64,000 nucleotides of DNA from Chloroflexota bacterium (GTDB taxonomy: Bacteria; Chloroflexota; Dehalococcoidia; GIF9; JBFMDU01), in NCBI GenBank assembly GCA_040753815.1, contig JBFMDU010000014.1, positions 36,527 through 100,526 of the forward strand, written 5' to 3'. This document shows positions 46,485-55,593 of this stretch, piece by piece (positions within the stretch are counted from its first letter, which is position 1; the number at the start of each line of letters is the position of its first letter). Both the position numbers and the translations under genes were made by a program. The notes beneath the pieces are model-generated. The model saw nothing but the letters and a program-made list of their open reading frames with translations, was not told the origin of the DNA and ran no database searches.

Positions 46485-48329
46485 CTAACAGGGCTCTGGA
46501 CGTCTTGTCTCCTCATGGATACGGAAACCGTGTTTGCTCCAGACACCAGTTAACCGGCGTGCCTTGAGGAGTTTATCGGCGACGTAGCGATTGTTCCTGT
46601 TGCCAACGTAGACCCAGGCTGGTACGCGGTGGAAGCCCTCTATCATCACCTCTCTGATAACCCTGCTGAAGACCGGGTTAGGATCATTGCTTCCTTCATA
46701 GTCGTCGAACCGAGCAGCGGTTTCTTCGAAGTTGCCAAGCGTAATCACCACACCATGGACTATACCCCCGCCAAGGTCATCGATTATTACCGGAAAATCA
46801 CCAAAATCATAGGCTTCTCCGTAGGCATGTCCGCGCCGCACCTCCGTAACTATTGCGCCGAAACGGCGTTCGTTCCGCTCCGGCGACATAAGGGTACCGT
46901 ACGCAAAAATAGTCCTGGGGTTGGATACGGTGTTGACAGCCTTAGTCCAACGTTTAATCTCGGCCAGAAAAACGTACGGCGTGCCGCAATAATCTTCAGC
47001 TCTGAGATAATCCGCCACCTCGCTGAGAGGTACCTCAAGAAGGTGTTGTGTCACCACATATTCGTCTTCCTCCACCACTTCAAGCGTAATGTGATTCCAG
47101 TCAAGTTTAGTTCCGAGGTTTCTTGTCAGACGCATCGGCAATCGCCGGCTGTAAACGCTGAGCACCCGACACGGGGACTCAAGAAATTTCAGGTGAATCG
47201 TAGCAGGTTCTATGACACGATGATCCCCAAGGAAAGCCCTTACTGACTTTCCTGTCGTCGCCTCGATGAAGCCTGTATGAAGACTGAAGAATCGAGGTGT
47301 CCCATCAAAATCAACCATCGGAGACTTCTGGCCGGTCAGATAGTCCTCTATCAACGATAACGCCCCGGCTCCACCGAAACGCAATATATCGTGTGACAGT
47401 GATTCCGTATAAGCCTTCCCCATGTCCACTACTGTCATCTCGCCTTGATCAGTCCCGATCATGGCTTGAGATCCCATTTCCATTACGTTTGTTTCCTGTA
47501 ATGAGCTTACCTGGTACCCCATCACATAATTGGGACGCTGATATGCAACATCACGGATAACCACCGGAAAATGCGGCAACAACGCTCTAAAGTAGTCCGG
47601 CGACCGATATCTCTCCTGCCAATTCCGATACTTGCTCAAGTCAGCTTTGATTAGACTGGTAAAGTATTCAACTGCCGCAAACCAGAAGGCAAAGCCGGCC
47701 CGCATCTGCTCGGGTTCCGTCACGTGTGGCAGACAAAGCTCCATCCGTCGGTTCTTTCTGGGGCGATACAACGCTCCTTTACGGGGATAACGATTAAAAA
47801 GCAAGAAAGCTAGGACCGGTGCTACTGTATGCGTCGTAAGTAGGGCAATATCCGCTCCGAGTTTTTGAGCAGGAACGCTTACGAATTCGTCACTCGGCAC
47901 AGAGGCTTCGAATCGGCAAAGGTCATCACCGGCGAAAAAAGAGTCCAGTGTTAGATTAAGATGGGTGCTGACGCCAGTAATCTGGCACTCGCGACACAGC
48001 TCGAGTAACTGTGCCCGCTGGGTCAAAACACAGTCAACCAGTGTATCAACACCATCCCGTAAGAGAACAAGCGGGGTTGTAGCCTCAACGAGACTACCTG
48101 CCGCATCATAGTCGTGGTAAAGAGTGCCTCCATACCATGTCCATATCCTTCCATTCCCCTGCTCCTGCTGTAGGTCTCCTTTTATTACTGGCACATGTAC
48201 GGCTTCGTCAAAGAAAAACCGTTCTGAGCGTCGAACAAGCTCGTCTATCAGGACACCGCGGCCGTCACTGCCTACGACGCGGAACTCATCCTCTACCCCG
48301 GCAAATCTTTCGTTCCCCAGAATAGACAT
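46485..48329 (-). CDS. Fusion: GCS2-like carboxylate-amine ligase-like N-region plus gamma-glutamylcyclotransferase (GGCT/AIG2-like) C-domain
   Basis: The C-domain (about 46560-46910) reads IFAYGTLMSPE...GIVHGVV...FDDYEG...VYV, a YGTL-type GGCT pattern. The N-region has spaced strings GVEDEFRVV, LVEATTP and GVSTHLNL, reminiscent of the GCS2/YbdK ligase fold. The N-domain call is an inference. Confidence 0.55.
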   Translation of the reverse strand: MSILGNERFAGVEDEFRVVGSDGRGVLIDELVRRSERFFFDEAVHVPVIKGDLQQEQGNGRIWTWYGGTLYHDYDAAGSLVEATTPLVLLRDGVDTLVDCVLTQRAQLLELCRECQITGVSTHLNLTLDSFFAGDDLCRFEASVPSDEFVSVPAQKLGADIALLTTHTVAPVLAFLLFNRYPRKGALYRPRKNRRMELCLPHVTEPEQMRAGFAFWFAAVEYFTSLIKADLSKYRNWQERYRSPDYFRALLPHFPVVIRDVAYQRPNYVMGYQVSSLQETNVMEMGSQAMIGTDQGEMTVVDMGKAYTESLSHDILRFGGAGALSLIEDYLTGQKSPMVDFDGTPRFFSLHTGFIEATTGKSVRAFLGDHRVIEPATIHLKFLESPCRVLSVYSRRLPMRLTRNLGTKLDWNHITLEVVEEDEYVVTQHLLEVPLSEVADYLRAEDYCGTPYVFLAEIKRWTKAVNTVSNPRTIFAYGTLMSPERNERRFGAIVTEVRRGHAYGEAYDFGDFPVIIDDLGGGIVHGVVITLGNFEETAARFDDYEGSNDPNPVFSRVIREVMIEGFHRVPAWVYVGNRNNRYVADKLLKARRLTGVWSKHGFRIHEETRRPEPC

Positions 48330-48520
48330 TCTTGTTTAATATTAGCGATTCTCAGAAACTTGCGGCAAATTCTACCCCCTACGCATCCGGAATGCCAAGG
48401 TGTTCAACCCCTACTCATATCAAGCGCACCCAGGGATCCCAGATTGAATGAATGTCAGCAGTTCAGTATAATCCTTGATCTGCCAAGCGGACTTTCATCT
48501 AACTACAGAGGAGATGTACC

Positions 48521-49318
48521 ATGCCTGTCAACATTATCGTTTGTATGAAACAAGTGCTTGACCCGGAAGCTCCGGTTTCCGCGTTCAAAATAGACACTGA
48601 AGCCAAACGGGCTATTCCGGCCCAAGGCATACCACCAGTCCTTAGCCCCTTCGATGAAAATGCACTGGAAGGGGCGCTCAGGATCAAAGCCGCTAACTCC
48701 GGTAGCAAAGTTACCGTCATTTCAATGGGTAAGCAGATAGCGAAGGCTGTAGTTAGAAAATCCCTGGCTGTGGGTGCCGATGACCTTATATTGCTTGAGG
48801 ATCCGGCCTTCGATATTTTTGACCCGTACTTCACAGCCTATGTTCTAGCCGCTGCTGTTAAAAAGGTAGTTAAGTATGACCTGATCATGTGCGGCCGCCA
48901 GGCGGCGGATACCGATGCTGGACAGGTAGGCTCTGGCTTGGCCGAGCTCTTGGGGATACCATCTATCACTGTAGCTAAAAAGGTGGAGGTAACCGACGGT
49001 AAAGTCAGGGTAGAGCGGGTGCTTTCAGATGGCTACGAAACGGTTGAAGCATCACTCCCGGCTCTCATCACCGCTACTAATGAGTTAGGAGAACTGCGCT
49101 CAGCGAATGTGGCCGCAATCATGCAGGCTCAAAAGAAGCCGCTCGTGACCTGGAAGGCTCAAGACCTGGGAATTGATACTTCTAAACTCCAGCGTACAGC
49201 TTTCACCAAGCTGTTCCAACCAGTGCGTGAGGTGAAATGTCAGATGGTTGCTGGTGCAACTCTGCAAGAGGCTGGCCAAAACCTCGCCGTTAAGCTGAAA
49301 GAGGTAAAGCTAATCTAG
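48521..49318 (+). CDS. etfB: Electron transfer flavoprotein beta subunit
   Basis: MPVNIIVCMKQVLDPE..., CGRQAADTDAGQVG, ELLGIPSIT. No etfA follows; the next genes are convergent. Confidence 0.85.
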   Translation: MPVNIIVCMKQVLDPEAPVSAFKIDTEAKRAIPAQGIPPVLSPFDENALEGALRIKAANSGSKVTVISMGKQIAKAVVRKSLAVGADDLILLEDPAFDIFDPYFTAYVLAAAVKKVVKYDLIMCGRQAADTDAGQVGSGLAELLGIPSITVAKKVEVTDGKVRVERVLSDGYETVEASLPALITATNELGELRSANVAAIMQAQKKPLVTWKAQDLGIDTSKLQRTAFTKLFQPVREVKCQMVAGATLQEAGQNLAVKLKEVKLI

Positions 49319-49360
49319 TTGTGCCCATATCATGTCCAGCCGCGTCAGTACTTGTCACAA

Positions 49361-50152
49361 TTACATCGGTATTTCCGGCTGAATTACCAACCTGGATATG
49401 CCCTTCTCTTCAAAGCCCTCCGGTAGGGCCGTATTCTTAAAAAAGATAGTATTCCCCTTGCGTATCAACATCACCGGCATTATCTCGCTGGTCAATCCGA
49501 AGGAATACTTACGGCATTCACGTCGGCATGGGAAGATACCAATCTGCTCCTCCATCTCTGGAACATCGCATGAAGCTGTGAGACACATCCGGGTGGTCGT
49601 CACGTAGGCATATGGTATATAGAGTGAGACTTCAAGCCCTTCTAACGGTAAATCAATTCCTTGAAGTATGTTATCCAGTTCGACACGTCTGACCCTGTGT
49701 TCCATAAGGAACTCCTGTACCAAGGGTACTGTCAGGCTGGAATTACTAAAGTATTCAATAGTAGTCTCGGGAAGACGGTCAATGACCATCATCAATCTGG
49801 GCCCACGCTTCATCTTGTTAAGCAACCGTCCCATCACCGGCACCAGATTCGGGAATCGCTGTCTCATCAGCCTGAGCACACCGTAATCGTTGAATACGAC
49901 TTCAGAACCAGGCCTCTGATTAACCACAGCATCCAACAGTGCCTCGACTCGCCTTATGCCCGCTTCGGTAACGTATGGAGTTACCAGAGCGAACCCGGCA
50001 CCATTATCACAGGCGAACTTCAATGCTGTCGCTAATTCATCAGACGTTGGAAGCAACCGCTCACAAAACTCGTTGCCAAAATACAAGCATGAAAAATTCT
50101 CCGCCCAATAATGCAGGTGGTCCGGCCTGGTAATGAATAACGCCTGTTCCAT
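49361..50152 (-). CDS. U32-family-like protein with 4-Cys cluster (partner B)
   Basis: LYFGNEFCERLLP start of a TIM-barrel-like domain and a Cys cluster MCLTASC-x13-CRREC (CX4CX13CX3C). The ATG at 50152 shares one base with the upstream stop (TGATG), implying translational coupling. The track start at 50182 is less likely. Confidence 0.6.
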   Translation of the reverse strand: MEQALFITRPDHLHYWAENFSCLYFGNEFCERLLPTSDELATALKFACDNGAGFALVTPYVTEAGIRRVEALLDAVVNQRPGSEVVFNDYGVLRLMRQRFPNLVPVMGRLLNKMKRGPRLMMVIDRLPETTIEYFSNSSLTVPLVQEFLMEHRVRRVELDNILQGIDLPLEGLEVSLYIPYAYVTTTRMCLTASCDVPEMEEQIGIFPCRRECRKYSFGLTSEIMPVMLIRKGNTIFFKNTALPEGFEEKGISRLVIQPEIPM

Positions 50153-51132
50153 CAGACTATCATCACCTCCGGGTAATAACACATGTAGACCCGGCAGGGA
50201 CGCTTGTACGTCTCCTGGTACCGCTTCCTTGCAGTAGCATAAAACTCCTGTTTTGTTGGCCCTTGAGACAGCAGGTCAAGAAGCGACCTTAAAAAACGTA
50301 TATCGGTTAACTTCCGAATACTCTGATTGCCACGGCCGACTATCTTTACACTTTTTATCCCAATCTGGTTAAAGTCCCATAGAGCACAGGCGCCGCATGG
50401 AAAATCGTCCACGTGGGCCAGTTCCCATATCCGCTGACGCTTAATTGATATGCGTGCCGCTGTGTCTTCGGCGCCATCTTCAACCGCTACCGAAACGTCG
50501 TATGGCAACATGCAAGCGTTGCGGTAAAGCAGGTCCATCGACTTGTCAGCAAGTCCGTGGTGAAAGGTACAAAACCCATCAACATTAGGACAACGAGAGT
50601 TGAAGACGAATGTCTCCAGATCGATTCCTTTCACATTCCCCACGATACTCTGGATTTCATCAATCGTAAGATGCCTGGGAAGAATGATTCTCGATGCACC
50701 CAGGTTCTGATAGAACTTGACAGCTTCGGAATTGAAGGCAGTGCCCCCGGTGCTGATCACTACTTTAGCTCTTGCCCTCATCTGACGGAGGAGTAGAAGA
50801 ATGGCAAGGTCAGCAACGATAAGCGCGTTCACACCTATGCTATCGGCTCTCTCAATGAAATTCTTGATGTATGGATACTGTTTTTCAATGTAGTAGTGCT
50901 CATTAAGTGTTAGAAAGACAGGGATAGTGTGCGAATGGGCAATGCTGACACACTCATCAAGTTGGTCGAACGTAGTGAAATTAGCACCGCCGCCGGGACG
51001 GCGGTTGATGGAGCCTGCGATGTATTGGTTGTGCCATTCCTCGGTTAGTAGGCCACAGTAAAGTTCGTCAGCGCCGGCCTGGATTAGCGGCTCTACCTCT
51101 TCAACTTTGTCGACTGGAGAAAGTAGTTTCAC
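50152..51132 (-). CDS. U32-family protein (peptidase U32 / UbiU-UbiV-RlhA-like fold) (partner A)
   Basis: MKLLSPVDKVEEVEPLIQAGADELYCG matches the U32 N-terminus, with IVADLAILLLLRQ and a Cys pattern RCPNVDGFC (CX6C) plus later C...CGAC. GTG start with an AGGGG RBS. Confidence 0.65.
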   Translation of the reverse strand: MKLLSPVDKVEEVEPLIQAGADELYCGLLTEEWHNQYIAGSINRRPGGGANFTTFDQLDECVSIAHSHTIPVFLTLNEHYYIEKQYPYIKNFIERADSIGVNALIVADLAILLLLRQMRARAKVVISTGGTAFNSEAVKFYQNLGASRIILPRHLTIDEIQSIVGNVKGIDLETFVFNSRCPNVDGFCTFHHGLADKSMDLLYRNACMLPYDVSVAVEDGAEDTAARISIKRQRIWELAHVDDFPCGACALWDFNQIGIKSVKIVGRGNQSIRKLTDIRFLRSLLDLLSQGPTKQEFYATARKRYQETYKRPCRVYMCYYPEVMIV

Positions 51133-51273
51133 TATACCCCTATGCTATGACTACTCAATAAAGAACAAATTTTTACATTAGCTAGTACGATGTAAAGACC
51201 ACAGTTAACGTCAGATATAATTTACTATAAGTTCTCGCCTGTACCCCGGACACCCGAGGCTCAAGCTTTCCAA

Positions 51274-52836
51274 CTACTTTGTCTTGTCGAGTGACTCCAT
51301 ATCGATAATACGGGTAGGATTGGCATGGTTACCAGGGTCCAGGTTTTTTTTAATGCTCAAGAGTAATTTCATACCTACAGGGTGTGCTGGCCAGAAGATT
51401 TTCCCGGGACCGGTTATATTAATGGTACTGATAGCCTGACCTTCTATACCAGAAGCGCTCACTTCGGTCATGCATTTTGCAAGTGTCAGATCGTTTTCGT
51501 CAGTCTTTTCCCTGGGGAAGTCAACTTCCGCCAGGGAAAAATGACCGAGGTCGTAGGGAGCTATCCAGGCCGGATGCGCACTGTCCAAAAATGGCGGCGT
51601 GTACTTGTCCAGTACTTCCCACGATGCTGGTAGGCTCCGTTCACCGTCGTCAACAGAGTCGATCGTCAGATTAACTAACGAGTAACCGCCGCCGATACGC
51701 ATCATCCGGCATCCGTTAGTGTCGCGTATCCAGTTATTAGCAGCGTAGGGGACCCACCGCTGGTAGACTTCATCTGGCACTGGAGTACCGCCAGTCTCCT
51801 TGGCGATTTGCCTCAGCACTTTCTCCTCGTACTTTACCTGTCGTGGCGACGCACAGCCCCAGAGACAAATGGCAACACAGTTCTTGACGTTCTTCAGCCA
51901 GTACTCCGAGACCCACGTGTCCCAATATTCCTCACGCGACTTCGCCCACCACCAGTCGTAATAGCCAGGCGGCCATATATGAACCACTGCACCTATCTCA
52001 CAATGTGAAATTTCATAGATAGCATCAATAGCTTGATGCATGGTCGGGTAGGATAAAAGACACCATTTGAACCTATCAGCAGGTAGTTCGCACTTCTTTT
52101 TTGGGGCAATCCCTTCTGTCGGCAATACATCTGGGCCAGGCCATGGGAACAGCTTGATAGCTAGTTTAGTGACAATCCCTAGAGTGCCGATGCTACCAAC
52201 AACCCCTCTCAATATTGCTCTGGCATCTGGACCCGGCCCCTCGCCCCAGGAGTAATTGTTTCCTGAGAGGGCCAGAGAGCCCGTCCGCAAAATATCGCCG
52301 GTAGGCAGAACCCATTCAACCCCAAGGATGTTTCTGGCGGCAAACCCGCTTCGATATGCTGTACCTTGTTGACCAAAAGCAATATGATTGGCCAAACTGC
52401 AAGATTGCGCGCCGGCTTCCGGGGTTCCATTGACCAATCCGGTCTTCATCGCCTCCACCGATACCTGAGCATGGGTCACATAGGGCTCGATCAGCGCATA
52501 CATATTGCGCTGGTCAATCACGAGCCGGTTCATGCGCTTGGTATCGATAATTACCCAGTATGGTTTGACCGCTGCGGTTATACCAAAGGCAAGGCCCGAC
52601 CCCACTACTGAATACGGGAACCCAAGTCGGTTCGCCAGACGAATAATCTCCTGGACATCACCGGTACTGCATGGCATAGCAATGAACGCAGCACGCCGCC
52701 GTGTAGCGACGCTTGGCGCCTGGGATTCACGGCTATATGACTCGAGCACTAACGGATCATCACAGACATATTCATGCCCCAGAATATCAACCAGACGGTT
52801 ACGAATTAGACTGTGTTTCTCGTCACCGAGTGGCAT
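51274..52836 (-). CDS. FAD-binding oxidoreductase (PCMH-type, GlcD / D-lactate dehydrogenase / VAO family)
   Basis: FAD-binding-4-like N-domain ([28 protein letters not shown]...[45 protein letters not shown]). Confidence 0.75.
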   Translation of the reverse strand: MPLGDEKHSLIRNRLVDILGHEYVCDDPLVLESYSRESQAPSVATRRRAAFIAMPCSTGDVQEIIRLANRLGFPYSVVGSGLAFGITAAVKPYWVIIDTKRMNRLVIDQRNMYALIEPYVTHAQVSVEAMKTGLVNGTPEAGAQSCSLANHIAFGQQGTAYRSGFAARNILGVEWVLPTGDILRTGSLALSGNNYSWGEGPGPDARAILRGVVGSIGTLGIVTKLAIKLFPWPGPDVLPTEGIAPKKKCELPADRFKWCLLSYPTMHQAIDAIYEISHCEIGAVVHIWPPGYYDWWWAKSREEYWDTWVSEYWLKNVKNCVAICLWGCASPRQVKYEEKVLRQIAKETGGTPVPDEVYQRWVPYAANNWIRDTNGCRMMRIGGGYSLVNLTIDSVDDGERSLPASWEVLDKYTPPFLDSAHPAWIAPYDLGHFSLAEVDFPREKTDENDLTLAKCMTEVSASGIEGQAISTINITGPGKIFWPAHPVGMKLLLSIKKNLDPGNHANPTRIIDMESLDKTK

Positions 52837-52855
52837 CCATCATCTCCCATGGCCA

Positions 52856-54115
52856 CTAGAGCGCATTTTGCACCATTTGCGCTAAATCAAGTACCTGAAG
52901 GTGAGAGCCATGGCTTGCCACCGCATCAATAAAATTCCACTCGCACCAGGGACAAGCCGAGACCAGTACCTCAGCACCGGTTGACTCCGCTTCTTCTACC
53001 CTGTCTGCTGCGGAGAACTTATTGAAGTCCGGATAGGCTTCGTATACACCGCCACCAGCTCCGCAACACCAGGCATACTCCTTGATACGTTCCATTTCAA
53101 CCAGTCGAACACCCGGAATACTCCTGATAATGTTCCGCGGTTCTTCATAGAGTCCAACAATCGGTTCTCCTGGCACGTAGACTGGCAGACGTCGACCGAT
53201 GTGACAGGGGTCATGATAGGTGACTGTAACCGGCATCTTCCTGCTTGGCTTAAGGCGGCCGTCCTTCAGGGCAGCGTCGATGAATTCCACCATGTGTAGG
53301 ACCTCTAGTTTCAACCCGTACTCAGGATACAGCCGTTTGAAAGCATAATATCCGTCGGAACATGCGGTCACCACAGTCTTGACACCGGCGTTCTTCCACG
53401 CCTGGATATTATGCTCGGCAAACTTGGCAAGCTCTCCTTTATAACCCATCTCGTAGACACGGCCGCCACAGCAGGTCTCGTCCTGCCCCATAATACCCAC
53501 ATCCACCCCGGCCCTCTGCATTAACTGGACTGCACTATGCAGTGAAGGCCATAATACTGAATCAAAACTCGCCCGACAACCAGCATGGAAAACCACTTCA
53601 GCCTTCTCTTGTGTCAGGTCCTTTAGCCCAAGGCCCTCAGCCCACCTGCTTCTTTCGGCCTTAGGTTTCATCATTATGTTATCTTCCTTGCGTAGATGGT
53701 TGATGACCGGTATCAAGGCTGGATGAAGCTGGCCATCTCCTACCAGTTTAAGCCGCATCTCCTGGATAACCCGTAGCGGCTCCATGTCCTGCACACGCTT
53801 GCACATGGCATCACAGCCGCCGCAGAAATTGCATCGATAGAAGACGTCAAGGAGCATAGGAGAATCGTCGTACTTAAGCCGCCCATCAATTAAGGCTAGC
53901 GATACGTCCATTCGCCCCTGGCAGGAGAAGGCATCGTATAAGTAGTACTGGCTTGAAGGACAAATCTTAGCAAAGCGCCAGCTTTTGACCTCCCAGGAAT
54001 CCACCCATTTGCAGTTCGAGCATCTGGAGCAATTCCAGGCATTCTTGCGAAGGTCCCAGTAGTACTTTAGGTGCCAGTCATCTTTAGGCAGGCACTTACC
54101 GTTAACCATTACCAT
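52856..54115 (-). CDS. HdrD/GlcF-like Fe-S protein with two CCG domains
   Basis: Two ferredoxin-like Cys groups (CSRCSNCKW..CP; CNFCGGCDAMC) and two CCG motifs (ETCCGG, AWCCGAGGG). Confidence 0.8.
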   Translation of the reverse strand: MVMVNGKCLPKDDWHLKYYWDLRKNAWNCSRCSNCKWVDSWEVKSWRFAKICPSSQYYLYDAFSCQGRMDVSLALIDGRLKYDDSPMLLDVFYRCNFCGGCDAMCKRVQDMEPLRVIQEMRLKLVGDGQLHPALIPVINHLRKEDNIMMKPKAERSRWAEGLGLKDLTQEKAEVVFHAGCRASFDSVLWPSLHSAVQLMQRAGVDVGIMGQDETCCGGRVYEMGYKGELAKFAEHNIQAWKNAGVKTVVTACSDGYYAFKRLYPEYGLKLEVLHMVEFIDAALKDGRLKPSRKMPVTVTYHDPCHIGRRLPVYVPGEPIVGLYEEPRNIIRSIPGVRLVEMERIKEYAWCCGAGGGVYEAYPDFNKFSAADRVEEAESTGAEVLVSACPWCEWNFIDAVASHGSHLQVLDLAQMVQNAL

Positions 54116-54184
54116 GGGAGTCTTTCCTTCGCCCTATCATAACCACATCAATTACCCCCGGTCACGGCTAAAGCTTGTTTGGCT

Positions 54185-54451
54185 CTATACTTCCTTTGGT
54201 GTCTTATCAGGGTGCAGTTTTTTAAACTTTGCTAGAAGTTGTTCTTTGGTTTCTTTCCTCTTCGGGTCCGGCTGGGGTGCCTCGACCGGGCAAATCTCAG
54301 CGCATTTAGATGTTTTGTAGAAGCCGACGCACTCTGTACATTTCTCCGGGTCTATCTTATAAATGGTGTCGCCTTCACTTATCGCCTGGTTAGGGCACTC
54401 AAGCTCGCACGACCCACACGCCGCACATTCCTCAGTAATTCTGTAGGCCAT
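54185..54451 (-). CDS. 2x[4Fe-4S] ferredoxin
   Basis: CAACGSCELECP and CTEC...CAEICP motifs. 88 aa. Confidence 0.8.
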   Translation of the reverse strand: MAYRITEECAACGSCELECPNQAISEGDTIYKIDPEKCTECVGFYKTSKCAEICPVEAPQPDPKRKETKEQLLAKFKKLHPDKTPKEV

Positions 54452-54512
54452 GTTTTTTTACCTCCTTAGTTATTTTGTGAACGTTGTGTATGAACTCAAC
54501 ACGGGCAATCGA

Positions 54513-55544
54513 TTATTGTGGCTTGATGACGTACTCAAACCAATGCGGGCGGCTTGCATCCCCGTTTACAACTTTAAGCTGGTAAAGCCCTGGCATGTCG
54601 ACATCATTGTTGTCCGGCCTGGCTATCAGCGTCATCTCCACACGTTTCCCGCCATCGAGCCGATTATACCCCTTGACGTCTACTCTACCCCACAAATACG
54701 ACCATTCGGCGCGGTCCTTATTGTATCTGGTCACCTGGGATATATCTACATCCGGTCCTGTTTTATGTTCTGAAGCTCGCGGTGGCAGATGAATACCTAT
54801 TGGTGCATCTGAAACCACCATCACAGAGAAAGCTTCGCCTTCTGAAAGACTGAAGACCGGGCTAAAGTAGAGGTTGTCGATAACCGTAGCGGCGTACCGG
54901 GAAACAAGTACTGGCATCACATTGGATAAGTCAGTCTGTGGCGCCGCTTGGAGTTCAATCTTCCCTGAAAGCGGCAGTTTTGCAACCGAGCCTTCGACCG
55001 GTAGAGCGTCATAGAAAAAGGTGCCAACCGCTACCCGCGCATCTTTAAACGACTTGGTATCGTTGATGAAACAGAAGTACCGTAGCTCCTGGTTGTACCG
55101 TCCTTTACTCACGGCTGTCAAACCACCCAGTCCAAACTCAATTATTCCCTCCGGGTCACGCACCATGTAGCCAATGGTTGTCGGCCCCGAGACCAGCTTC
55201 CAGCTTAGCATGTATTTCTCGCCAGGCTTGATACGTACCGGTACAATAACCGTCTTGCCTGCGGGAATAGTGAGTAACGCTACACGTTCAAGTTCGGCCT
55301 TTGGGATATCAAGGACTGATGAATTCTCTGGGAGCCATGCTGGCGGAGTTGGCAATGGCTCGTTCACTCTACTGCAACCCGACACTGCTATCCAGGCAAC
55401 CAGCGTAATGGCGACGACACCCAAAAATAAGTTTAGCGAACGGAACTCAGGCTTCATTACGGTGCGATGCTCCAATTCCATGCGGGCAGTTCCGTAAAGT
55501 ATACCAGCTAATTGTTTTCGCAAGAAGGATTGGCGAGCGTTCAT
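54513..55544 (-). CDS. Hypothetical lipoprotein
   Basis: Signal peptide LFLGVVAITLVAWIAVSGC with a lipobox, followed by a beta-rich body. The true start is probably M30 (ATG 55457). Confidence 0.55.
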   Translation of the reverse strand: MNARQSFLRKQLAGILYGTARMELEHRTVMKPEFRSLNLFLGVVAITLVAWIAVSGCSRVNEPLPTPPAWLPENSSVLDIPKAELERVALLTIPAGKTVIVPVRIKPGEKYMLSWKLVSGPTTIGYMVRDPEGIIEFGLGGLTAVSKGRYNQELRYFCFINDTKSFKDARVAVGTFFYDALPVEGSVAKLPLSGKIELQAAPQTDLSNVMPVLVSRYAATVIDNLYFSPVFSLSEGEAFSVMVVSDAPIGIHLPPRASEHKTGPDVDISQVTRYNKDRAEWSYLWGRVDVKGYNRLDGGKRVEMTLIARPDNNDVDMPGLYQLKVVNGDASRPHWFEYVIKPQ

Positions 55545-55593
55545 GCCGAAAGTTTTCTCGGTCAGAAATGTGTCTGTCGTCAGACAACAAGGG

